From positions 1-40,077 of the IMG/VR virus record IMGVR_UViG_3300029319_000140: a stretch of DNA of 40,077 nt. The stretch is one strand, 5' to 3'. The notes below the pieces were generated by a model. That model ran no database searches, was not told where the DNA came from, and worked only from the letters and a program-made list of their open reading frames with translations. The translations under genes and the position numbers were made by a program. The stretch is from a virus (taxonomy: Duplodnaviria; Caudoviricetes). Shown here piece by piece: positions 1 through 8,538 of the stretch. The first letter of the stretch is position 1. Each line of letters begins with the position of its first letter.

Positions 1-1083
1 ATTAGCATTAGTGATATAAATGGAGAGTTTGGCAGAAGTGGTACAACTGCAAATAGTTCATTAGAAGATTTATCTGACGGAACTGTAGCTACTATTAATA
101 CTCAAAACGCTTCAGATGATAGACCAGACGGTAGTACACCTCACGCTATGTCTGAGTTTTATAGTTATGACCACGATTTAGCAGGTACATCTTGGAGTGT
201 TGTAGATAATACTGGATTAGACCTTGCTGATTTACCTGGACAAACTGCAACAAGTAATAAAGATGCACAGATGACAGTAAATAGTGGTAGTGGTGGAACA
301 AGTTGTTCTTTATCTACTACTGGTGGTCCATTTGGTAATTTTACATTAGCCATATCAAGCAGTGGTGACCCAGGTTTTGGAGGTACAAGTAATAGTGGTA
401 GTGGTTTTATAAGCACATCAACAGCTAATAGTAACACTTTATTTAGTAGTCATAATTCTGGTACAAGATATATTAGAACAAGGTGGCAACATACTCCAAG
501 TAATAAAGATGGTACTGGAGCATATACATTAACACTTACAAATAATAGCGTAAGTGCAACTATTACTGGAAGTATTAACTTTTCTTCTGGTGGTGGATTT
601 GGTTTGTGTATTTATGAAAATATACCAGTTAATTTAAAAGAAGGTACTGCAAACATACACGACTTAGATGTTGGAGATATGATTATGTCTTACAATTGGG
701 AGACTGGACAAGAAGAAGAAGTTGAGATACAACAGATAGAAAAAAGATTACACAGCAATTTGTACAAAATTATGTTATCAGACCCTAACGATGAAACAGA
801 GGGAGAAGAATTAAAAGAATTGATACTTACACAAGACCACCCTGTATATAAAGAAGATGGTAGTATGGTATCAGATGACCCAAGTAGAACTGCAGCTAAT
901 TATGATTTAGAAGCAGCTGCTATACAGCCTAACGATTTGTTAAAAATATTGGATGGTAAGTATTATGCACAGGTTCATAGGCTAGAGGGATTTCCAAAGA
1001 AACATTGGACATATACAATATTAACAAAGAACAATAACTTCTACGCAAATGGCGTACTAGTGCATTCAGAGATAGGAGAATAA
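1..1083 (+). CDS. Tail/virion-associated Ser/Thr/Gly-rich protein with C-terminal Hint (intein-like) domain; 5' truncated by the window
   Basis: Frame 1 is open from base 1 (ISISDINGEFGRSG...PHAMSEFYSYDHD), so the gene starts upstream of the 148 ATG. Hint motifs: GL|CIYENIPV (Cys at 607), LTQDHPVY, and NNNFYANGVLVHS near the C-terminus. Confidence 0.8.
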   Translation: MSISDINGEFGRSGTTANSSLEDLSDGTVATINTQNASDDRPDGSTPHAMSEFYSYDHDLAGTSWSVVDNTGLDLADLPGQTATSNKDAQMTVNSGSGGTSCSLSTTGGPFGNFTLAISSSGDPGFGGTSNSGSGFISTSTANSNTLFSSHNSGTRYIRTRWQHTPSNKDGTGAYTLTLTNNSVSATITGSINFSSGGGFGLCIYENIPVNLKEGTANIHDLDVGDMIMSYNWETGQEEEVEIQQIEKRLHSNLYKIMLSDPNDETEGEELKELILTQDHPVYKEDGSMVSDDPSRTAANYDLEAAAIQPNDLLKILDGKYYAQVHRLEGFPKKHWTYTILTKNNNFYANGVLVHSEIGE

Positions 1084-1084
1084 G

Positions 1085-1219
1085 ATGCCTGGATTATCAA
1101 AGAAACAAATGAAAATAGCAAAGGTAGCACCCCCAAGAAATAAAATTACAAGAGCCGACTTTATAGCATTGAAAAAAACAGATGCTCGTAAGAGAAGAAT
1201 AGGCAATGGCAAAAAGTAA
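1085..1219 (+). CDS. Small basic protein, 44 aa (MPGLSKKQMKIAKVAPPRNKITRADF...)
   Basis: Read by hand; fills the gap between the Hint gene and 1206, with AGGAG about 6 nt upstream. Confidence 0.65.
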   Translation: MPGLSKKQMKIAKVAPPRNKITRADFIALKKTDARKRRIGNGKK

Positions 1220-1499
1220 AAGAGACCCAAGACTTAAAAGAGCAGGTGTATCAGGTTTCAATAAACCTAAAAGAACACCTAACCATCCAACCAAGTCACA
1301 TATAGTTGTGGCTAAATCAGGTGGTAAAATAAAGACTATACGTTTTGGACAGCAAGGAGCTAAAACTGCTGGTAAACCAAAAGCAGGTGAGTCAAGACGT
1401 ATAAAAATGAAACGTAAAAGTTTCAAAGCAAGACACAGAAAGAATATAGCAAAAGGACCAATGAGTGCTGCTTATTGGGCAAACAAAGTTAAATGGTAG
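1206..1499 (+). CDS. Small highly basic phage protein
   Basis: K/R-rich; RFGQQG...SFKARH...SAAYWA pattern resembles conserved phage hypotheticals; in operon context. Confidence 0.75.
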   Translation: MAKSKRDPRLKRAGVSGFNKPKRTPNHPTKSHIVVAKSGGKIKTIRFGQQGAKTAGKPKAGESRRIKMKRKSFKARHRKNIAKGPMSAAYWANKVKW

Positions 1500-1508
1500 G
1501 AGAATACA

Positions 1509-1805
1509 ATGGAAGTTGGAAAAGACAGTAAATTTACACTAAGTATAGAGACTGCTGTTAGTGTAGTAGTCAGTATAGGTATGGTGGTTGGTTTATGGTA
1601 TTCTTTGCAAAATGATATAGAAGAAGCAAAAAGATTACCAGAACCAGAGGTGTCACGTATGGAGTATGATTTGAAAGACCAGATGATACGTGATTCCATA
1701 TTAAATACAGAAGGTAAAGTTGATAAGCTGGAAGAAAAGGTAGACGATATTAAAGAGGATACCAAGATGATTCAAGAAACACTTATCAATATGAATAACA
1801 ATTAA
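1509..1805 (+). CDS. Single-pass membrane protein with coiled coil (possible lysis accessory)
   Basis: Hydrophobic stretch AVSVVVSIGMVVGLWY followed by a heptad-like C-terminus; AGGAG RBS. Confidence 0.7.
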   Translation: MEVGKDSKFTLSIETAVSVVVSIGMVVGLWYSLQNDIEEAKRLPEPEVSRMEYDLKDQMIRDSILNTEGKVDKLEEKVDDIKEDTKMIQETLINMNNN

Positions 1806-1820
1806 TGAGGAAGTTAGACA

Positions 1821-2216
1821 ATGAAAAAGATAAAAGATACTTTACTACGATGCTTGTCGTATGGTTTTGTTTTTTGTGTTTACTTATCTTCTTTATCGGC
1901 TCAGTCAGTCAATTTAGATAGCTTTCAAGACATACAGTTAATGTCTTTGGAAGGTTGTGCCGTAGTACAAGTAAACGCATCTTGGAATTATAAGAACAGG
2001 CTAGAAATAGAAAAGTTAAAAGATTGCTATAAAGGCGAAATAGATTTATCAAACAAACAAATAGGTGCTGTCATTCAAAAAGAATGGGGTATAACAGTAG
2101 TACCTACTGTGATAATATTTCGTGAAGGCAAAGAAGTTAAAAGATTTGTTCCAGATATTTCTTTGAAGTTTGATGAAGAAGAAGTGTTAGGAAAAATTAA
2201 AACATACATAAGGTAA
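1821..2216 (+). CDS. Exported thioredoxin-fold protein lacking CxxC
   Basis: Signal-peptide-like N-terminus ending SLSAQ; VQVNASWN in the place of F-A-x-WCxxC; GITVVPTVIIFREGKEVKRF is the thioredoxin cis-Pro motif. Confidence 0.65.
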   Translation: MKKIKDTLLRCLSYGFVFCVYLSSLSAQSVNLDSFQDIQLMSLEGCAVVQVNASWNYKNRLEIEKLKDCYKGEIDLSNKQIGAVIQKEWGITVVPTVIIFREGKEVKRFVPDISLKFDEEEVLGKIKTYIR

Positions 2217-2218
2217 CT

Positions 2219-2707
2219 ATGAAAAAATTATTGAAAAAAGGCATATTGAAAAATGTCGTAGGTGCAGTAGCTCCTACATTAGGCAGTGCTTTAGGTGGAC
2301 CTATGGGCGGTATGGCTATGAATATGATAGCTGAAAAGTTAGGTGTTCCTAACAATCCAAAAGCTGTAGAGAAAGCTATAGAAAATGCTACACCTGAACA
2401 AATGATAGAGATTAAGAAAGCAGAACAGGCTTTTGATTTACAAATGAAAGAGCTTGATGTTGATGTATTCAAGATGGAAGTGGCAGATGGACAAGATGCT
2501 AGAAAACATTTTAGTAAAGATTGGACAGCTCGTATTATGGGTATTGCTGTCATAGGTGGATTTTTAGGATACATATTCTTAGTAACAATTCAACCACCAG
2601 AGCAAAACTCAGAAGCTTTGATAAACTTAGTGCTAGGATACTTAGGTGGTTTAGCTAGTGCAGTAATAAGTTTTTACTTTGGAGCTTCTAACTCATCTAA
2701 AGAATAG
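2219..2707 (+). CDS. Putative holin (3TM/GTA-holin-like)
   Basis: VAPTLGSALGGPMGG N-terminus, DAR motif, two C-terminal hydrophobic helices ending SFYFGAS. Confidence 0.7.
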   Translation: MKKLLKKGILKNVVGAVAPTLGSALGGPMGGMAMNMIAEKLGVPNNPKAVEKAIENATPEQMIEIKKAEQAFDLQMKELDVDVFKMEVADGQDARKHFSKDWTARIMGIAVIGGFLGYIFLVTIQPPEQNSEALINLVLGYLGGLASAVISFYFGASNSSKE

Positions 2708-2716
2708 GAGAATACT

Positions 2717-2752
2717 ATGAACTGTGAATGTGGATGCGGTTGTGTCAGATAA
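2717..2752 (+). CDS. Candidate 11-aa Cys-rich micropeptide MNCECGCGCVR
   Basis: AGGAG 6 nt before ATG 2717; the ORF overlaps the probable GTG start (2742) of the next gene. Confidence 0.4.
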   Translation: MNCECGCGCVR

Positions 2753-4019
2753 GAAAAAGACTACAATGTTGGACCTAGCAGGTTCACCATCATTTAACTA
2801 TGAGGCAGCGGCAGTGTCATTGAATACTGCCAATGCTACCCGTACATCCAGAAAACTTCAATCTGATTCTGTAGAGATGGATAGAAGAGAGAAGATTCAC
2901 AGAGCATTACAAAACTTTGGACTTGCTACTGCTGGTGCAAGTATAGCCTCTCCTGTAACTGCACCTGTAACAGAGATAGCAGGTGGTGTTGCTGACTTAA
3001 TAGATGGTGTGTTATACTCACTAGAAGGTGAACACGGAAACGCTGCATTATCCTATGCTTCTATCCTACCTGTAGTAGGTGCTGCAGTGGCTGCTAAAAG
3101 AGGGATGAAGTTAGCAGAGAAAGCTGGAGAAGAGCTTGTAGATATATATAGAGGAGTTCCTGAAGAGTTTATGGGAGCAAAATCTATGACAAGATTTGAC
3201 GGTGAACTCTATCACGTAGGAGGAGAGTTTGATGCTTTTAAAAGGCAACATCCAGAAGTATTGTATGAAGGTTTCAAAGCTTCTTACAGAGGTAAAGCAG
3301 ATGATGTATATGCACAGTATTTGCAAACAGGAGAAATTCCTATGATGGGAAGTGGTCCTTTCACACGAGGAAGGTATTTTATGAGAGATGAACCATATCC
3401 ATTCCCATACGGATATTATAATGAATTAAAACCGAGAGGGGTAGATACCAGAGGCAATGTTATTATGGCAAAAAGAGGTGAATACGATTCTTATTTCAGA
3501 CAACAAGAAGAAATGAGAAATCCTTTGTTTTATTTAACTAGCACACATCACTACGGAGGTCGTGGAAGAGCTAAAACCCTTATAAAAGAAGGCGAAGATA
3601 AAGTTTCAACAAGGCTTACGAAAGAGCTACAAGAAGCTATGGGTAAAAATATGCCAAGAACATTGCTAGGAGATGATGCTCTTAGAGCTATGGAAGATAC
3701 TTATCAAAGAAAAGTTACTACAGATAGATTTTTATTTGCTACTGAAGACATCACAGAAGCTCAAAGATATGGTAACACAATTTTACACTTCAAGGTACCT
3801 AAAAGTTATTTAGAAGACATAGCAAAGAGAGATAAAATTAGTGGATTTGGTAGTGAAAAATTTAATAAAGTATCTAATATTATAAATCCAGTCAGAGTAT
3901 CTAAAGATAATTTTACGGGACTGGGTATACAAAGTGAATGGATATTTGATGAGGGAATACCACATAGATTTTTTCACAGAACCTTAGCAGGTATTAGAGA
4001 CTTAAGTGAGATAAGATAA
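2742..4019 (+). CDS. Polymorphic-toxin-like protein A: pre-toxin-like helical domain plus putative ADP-ribosyltransferase-fold domain
   Basis: Start reassigned to GTG 2742 by similarity to the paralog N-terminus. Motifs: ADLIDGVLYSLEGEHGNAALSYASILPVVG; IYRGV; FATEDITEAQRY; ILHFKVP; QSEWIF. Confidence 0.6.
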   Translation: MSDKKKTTMLDLAGSPSFNYEAAAVSLNTANATRTSRKLQSDSVEMDRREKIHRALQNFGLATAGASIASPVTAPVTEIAGGVADLIDGVLYSLEGEHGNAALSYASILPVVGAAVAAKRGMKLAEKAGEELVDIYRGVPEEFMGAKSMTRFDGELYHVGGEFDAFKRQHPEVLYEGFKASYRGKADDVYAQYLQTGEIPMMGSGPFTRGRYFMRDEPYPFPYGYYNELKPRGVDTRGNVIMAKRGEYDSYFRQQEEMRNPLFYLTSTHHYGGRGRAKTLIKEGEDKVSTRLTKELQEAMGKNMPRTLLGDDALRAMEDTYQRKVTTDRFLFATEDITEAQRYGNTILHFKVPKSYLEDIAKRDKISGFGSEKFNKVSNIINPVRVSKDNFTGLGIQSEWIFDEGIPHRFFHRTLAGIRDLSEIR

Positions 4020-5164
4020 TGTCAGATAAGAAAACAACAATGTTAGATTTAGCAGGGTCACCTTCGTTTAATTACGAAGCTGCTGCGGATGCTTTAAATA
4101 CATCTAATACTAGTCCTAAACAAAAAGAATTAAACAGAGCTATTAACTTACGTAATGTAAATACAGCACTAGACCTTGCAGGTTTTGCACCAGGTCCAGC
4201 TGGATTTGCAGCAGATTTTGTAAATACTATCTTATATGGATTGCAAGGTAAGTTTGGAGAAGCAGCTTTATCATCTGTTGCTATGGTGCCTGTAGTTGGC
4301 AGTATTGCTGCTAATAAAAAGTATTTAGAACAACTATATAAATCTGGTGACGAATTTGTTACTTTCTACAGAGGAGTAGATGATAGTGTTCCATTAGACA
4401 AAATGATAGTAGAGCTAGAGGCTATGCCATCAGGAAGAAAATATTTTATGGATGAAGATGTTCCAGATATGTTACACGTAGGAAGTGATTTTCACATACC
4501 TGATGAATTTGGAAGTTTTCCACCAGGAGCAGCCAATCCTATGTATGCAAGAGTAGGTGATGCAGGATGGGAACAAACATTCTTAGGAGCAACAGAAGAA
4601 GGGGTAAGAAATCCAAAGATAGTAGGAAAATATTTAAGTGAAGAAAGAATGGACCCATTCATTAAGTCAATGGTTTCACCAGACTATCCTATGGCAAATA
4701 CAATAATACATACCTCCACTGTTCCAGAGATAGCAATGGATTATGTAAATATAAATTTAAAAGGTAAGGGTACTTTGTTTAGATATGATATACCAGTAAA
4801 AGAATTAAAAAGATTAGCAGACCCTACAACGAAACCTCATATGATGCTAGGACCTGGATTTTTAACAAACGATAAAATATTATTTGAAAAGTATAATTTA
4901 GGCACAGGTTCTTATGGTTCTTTTTCTGGAGGATTTAAACCTATAGGAGATGTATCTATATTTATGAAAGGTATACCACACAAATATAACACGAAGATAT
5001 ATCAAGGAACCTTAGATGAAATAAAAGAACAATTAGTAAAAGGTGGAGATTTAGATGATTATGCAAAGTTTAGAGATGATTATATAACTAACCGAGATTT
5101 ATTTAAAAAGAATATAGAAAGTAAACCATTTGGACAAGCATTAAGGGATGTGACAATAAAATAA
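4019..5164 (+). CDS. Polymorphic-toxin-like protein B, paralog of the upstream gene
   Basis: Same KKTTMLDLAGSPSFNYEAAA leader; ALDLAGFAPGPAGFAADFVNTILYGLQGKFGEAALSSVAMVPVVG; FYRGV; HTSTVPEIAMDY; LFRYDIP; SIFMKGIPH. Confidence 0.6.
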   Translation: MSDKKTTMLDLAGSPSFNYEAAADALNTSNTSPKQKELNRAINLRNVNTALDLAGFAPGPAGFAADFVNTILYGLQGKFGEAALSSVAMVPVVGSIAANKKYLEQLYKSGDEFVTFYRGVDDSVPLDKMIVELEAMPSGRKYFMDEDVPDMLHVGSDFHIPDEFGSFPPGAANPMYARVGDAGWEQTFLGATEEGVRNPKIVGKYLSEERMDPFIKSMVSPDYPMANTIIHTSTVPEIAMDYVNINLKGKGTLFRYDIPVKELKRLADPTTKPHMMLGPGFLTNDKILFEKYNLGTGSYGSFSGGFKPIGDVSIFMKGIPHKYNTKIYQGTLDEIKEQLVKGGDLDDYAKFRDDYITNRDLFKKNIESKPFGQALRDVTIK

Positions 5165-5165
5165 T

Positions 5166-7295
5166 ATGGCAAAAGAAGGAATACTAATACAACGATTTGA
5201 TGGTGGAGTTAATAACAAAGACTCACAGAAAGACTTACCTGAAGGATTCTTAGCAGAAGCAAAGAACATAGATGTAAGTGCAGTAGGTAGAATCAAAACA
5301 CCTGGCAAGTTTGAAGCAGATACGTTTGGCTCAGGTAGCACTAGCATTAGTGTTACTTCACCTTCGTTTGTTGCTAATGCAGGATTGTTTAGCTTTAGAA
5401 CAGATGAAGACATAGCATCAGGTATAGATGCTGGTGAGTTTATTGCATATACCAAAGGTAGTGGAGAAGTATTTATAGGTAATACAGCAGATGCTATGGC
5501 AGAAGAGTTTGATATAAATAGTAATGACCCATCTAACACAGAGCCTGTATACTATTATGCTAATGGTGGATTAAGAGTACAGGATAAAATAAATACAAAT
5601 TCAAGCACTTCAACCTTTGTTCCTTTACCATCAAGAGGTGGTGTATATGAGACAACAGCTGCAGCATATCACGCTACTACTTCTGTACTAACAGCACCTG
5701 ATATGAGTAACGATGTATCAGCATTGTCAAGTGATACAGTAGACCCTAATGTAAGTGGAACTAAATACCACGACCTAGGAGACCCTAACACAAAAGATAT
5801 TACAGTAGCAGTAGAAGCAGTAAGTCCACAAAGTGGAGAGGCAGATGGTTTATGGGCAGAAGGTAAATATGTTATTGGATTAAGCTATGTGTATTTTGAT
5901 GGACAAGAATCTAAAATATCTACATTTAGCACCAACGTTGATATAGCTGATGGTCAAGTAGTCTTAACGTCTGCGGCAATAGCAGATGCAGGTATGAGTA
6001 AATTTATACAAGGTTTCAGAGTATATGCTAAAAACTTTAATGATATAGATGATGAGTTTAGATTAGTATTAGATGTAGATTTAGAACAAGGTTCAAGAAC
6101 TACTTTAGGTGATGACTTTGATGCACTTCAAGATGAAGGAGCTTACTTTCATACTTCAGACCCTAAAGAGGGAACTGCTGCTACCAACCAATACTATGCT
6201 TATGTATTACAAAACCCTAGCTCACTAACATATTCTGCTATTAATGGATTTGATTTAGAAGAACACGCAATCTCTTTTCACGAACTAACATCATACAGAT
6301 ATGATACAGCAGTAGTTGCAAACCAACGTGCTTTTGTGGGTAATGTATTTTATAAAGACACAGATGGTAGGGCAAGAAGACTAGGAGATAGAATACAATA
6401 TACACCTGTAAGAAAGTATGATACATTTCCACAGTCATACTTTTTAGATATAGGAACAAACGATGGTGATGAGATTGTAAAGCTGATGGAGTTCCAAGAT
6501 AGATTGTTTGTGTACAAAAAAAACAAACTATTTATTATTGATATTACTTCTGGTTCTGATGCTAACTGGAGTGTGATTGGAGAGTTTGAGAACAGAGGAG
6601 TGTCAAGTCCAGGAGCAGTAGTAAAAACAGACTTAGGTTTAGTATGGGCAAATGAACACGGTTTATTCGCATTCTTTGATACCATAGTAAAGCTTTCTAA
6701 TGCGATTGATGATAACACTTGGGCAACCAATGTAAACGCTGAGAAAGTGCAGGTTGGATTTATACCAAAAAGAAATCAAATATTAGTGTTAGGTGATACA
6801 AGTTCTAATTCTAGTGCAGGATACATCTATGATGTAGTAACACAATCTATTGTAAACATAGATACATCAAGTGTATTAGTTGGTGACAATGTTTCTAACT
6901 TTATTAGATTTAATCAGGAGTTATGTCTAATGGATGAAACAGGAGAGATGAGAAGATTTAACACAAGCTCAGCCTCACATACCATAGAAATCAAAACAAA
7001 AGAATATGACTTTGGTGTGCCATCATCTGATAAAAGATTACAAAAAGTGTATGTAACACACAAAGCGGGGGACAATCTAACATTGGCAGTAGCCTATGAT
7101 GGTGGTGCGTTTCCAGGGACAAACAAGTTTTCAAGCACTGCATTAAGCACAAGCGGTACAATGACACAAACATCTTTTGTGCCTACAACAGTAGAGAACT
7201 GTAAATCTATGCAGTTTAAGATTACTGGTACAGCAGAGGCAGATTTTGAACTAGAGGATATTACTGTAGTGTATAGAAGAAAGGGAGTTAGATAA
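5166..7295 (+). CDS. Tail nozzle / DNA stabilisation protein (T7 gp12 / P22 gp10-like)
   Basis: 709 aa, beta-rich; N-terminal FDGGVN...NID...GRIK and C-terminal FELEDITVVYR patterns; lies before the internal virion genes. Confidence 0.65.
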   Translation: MAKEGILIQRFDGGVNNKDSQKDLPEGFLAEAKNIDVSAVGRIKTPGKFEADTFGSGSTSISVTSPSFVANAGLFSFRTDEDIASGIDAGEFIAYTKGSGEVFIGNTADAMAEEFDINSNDPSNTEPVYYYANGGLRVQDKINTNSSTSTFVPLPSRGGVYETTAAAYHATTSVLTAPDMSNDVSALSSDTVDPNVSGTKYHDLGDPNTKDITVAVEAVSPQSGEADGLWAEGKYVIGLSYVYFDGQESKISTFSTNVDIADGQVVLTSAAIADAGMSKFIQGFRVYAKNFNDIDDEFRLVLDVDLEQGSRTTLGDDFDALQDEGAYFHTSDPKEGTAATNQYYAYVLQNPSSLTYSAINGFDLEEHAISFHELTSYRYDTAVVANQRAFVGNVFYKDTDGRARRLGDRIQYTPVRKYDTFPQSYFLDIGTNDGDEIVKLMEFQDRLFVYKKNKLFIIDITSGSDANWSVIGEFENRGVSSPGAVVKTDLGLVWANEHGLFAFFDTIVKLSNAIDDNTWATNVNAEKVQVGFIPKRNQILVLGDTSSNSSAGYIYDVVTQSIVNIDTSSVLVGDNVSNFIRFNQELCLMDETGEMRRFNTSSASHTIEIKTKEYDFGVPSSDKRLQKVYVTHKAGDNLTLAVAYDGGAFPGTNKFSSTALSTSGTMTQTSFVPTTVENCKSMQFKITGTAEADFELEDITVVYRRKGVR

Positions 7296-7633
7296 TGAAC
7301 AGACCATTAAAGAAAGGACCTGTTTCAAAAGAACAACTTAGAAACGGTGAAGAGGTTATAACATTTCATAGAGGTAAGTTAAAACTTATCAGAAAAGAAT
7401 TTGGTAAATTGTTTGAGTTGGAGTTCAGTAGCCCTGAAATAAAAGAACTCAAAACTTTTGCAAAACATTCTGACGTTAGAACTCCGCAGAAAAACGCAGT
7501 AAAAATAATTAAAGAAGGTGTAAGAGTAGCAGACGACAATAAAAATTTATTTGCTACCTTACCAGATACAACAAGTTCTGAAGCACAGTCAGGAGAGGCG
7601 GTAGTAAGTAGTGGTAACGTTATACCAAAGTAA
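7295..7633 (+). CDS. Hypothetical protein
   Basis: Coupled to the upstream gene by a TAATG overlap. Confidence 0.65.
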   Translation: MNRPLKKGPVSKEQLRNGEEVITFHRGKLKLIRKEFGKLFELEFSSPEIKELKTFAKHSDVRTPQKNAVKIIKEGVRVADDNKNLFATLPDTTSSEAQSGEAVVSSGNVIPK

Positions 7634-7656
7634 TAGGTTATTTATGGTTGTTCAAC

Positions 7657-7686
7657 TTGACTTGACAGAGGAAAAATTGGTAAATT
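7657..7686 (+). promoter_or_regulatory. sigma70-like promoter TTGACT-N18-TAAATT
   Basis: Intergenic; same geometry as the motifs at 27361 and 30888. Confidence 0.55.
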
Positions 7687-7716
7687 TTAGACGAACATCT
7701 TTACGTAAGGACACAT

Positions 7717-8538
7717 ATGGCATATAGTGTAAGAGGAAAATTTCAAAATCAAAGTAGATACAGCAACAAAAAGTATAATCAGTTGCTAGATTTAATGAGA
7801 GTACAAGCTGAAGATACTATTGAAATTGAAAGACAAGTAAACAAAAGATTAAAGAAGGCAGCAAATGCAAGGAACCTAGGTCCTTTAGCAACTATTGCAG
7901 ATACTATTACTGCCTTAACACCTACAAAAGCAGACGATGTAGTTAATAAACTTATACAAGGTGCAGTATTAGATAAAAGAAGAAGTGCTGCTATTGGTGG
8001 TATAGATACATCGAATGTTCAGTTTTTAAAAGCTGCTGCAAACAACGCAGATATGGAGGTTAGAGATTTAACCAGACAGCTTACAGAGGGAATGCAATTC
8101 AAAAACACTGTAAAAGATGTAGGTCTTAACGAAGCATTTAAAGTCATCAAAGAAAGTGAAGCCTATAAAAAAGCAGCAGATAAAATTAAAGATAAGTTTG
8201 ATGACATAGATTTTAAAGGTCAGTTTGGTACAGGAGCTAATGTAAAAGATTTATTATCTCTTGTTAAAGAAGGTGTAGGAGATATAGCAAAAGAGTATAA
8301 AGAATACTACACAGACCCAGGTGAATACATCAAGGCAGTAGACAAATACAAGAATCCAGAAAAGTATAGAAACAATATAGGATTATTGTCACAGATTGCT
8401 TTATCTAAACTTGTTGCTAATGATAGCTCTACTGACTATTCTATGTTCCCATTTATCTTTATGCCTCAGAATAATGAAGATGTTGAAACTGATAGAAATC
8501 CTTTTAGTGCAATAAACCTTAACAAGCAGGGTTCATAA
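7717..8538 (+). CDS. Putative internal virion/ejection protein
   Basis: Helical-looking; first of four coupled large ORFs after the nozzle gene. Confidence 0.5.
   Translation: MAYSVRGKFQNQSRYSNKKYNQLLDLMRVQAEDTIEIERQVNKRLKKAANARNLGPLATIADTITALTPTKADDVVNKLIQGAVLDKRRSAAIGGIDTSNVQFLKAAANNADMEVRDLTRQLTEGMQFKNTVKDVGLNEAFKVIKESEAYKKAADKIKDKFDDIDFKGQFGTGANVKDLLSLVKEGVGDIAKEYKEYYTDPGEYIKAVDKYKNPEKYRNNIGLLSQIALSKLVANDSSTDYSMFPFIFMPQNNEDVETDRNPFSAINLNKQGS

Noticed and set aside
2724-2741. ORF-track start at 2724
   Set aside because: Alignment with the paralog points to GTG 2742, and the upstream SD is spaced for ATG 2717 instead.
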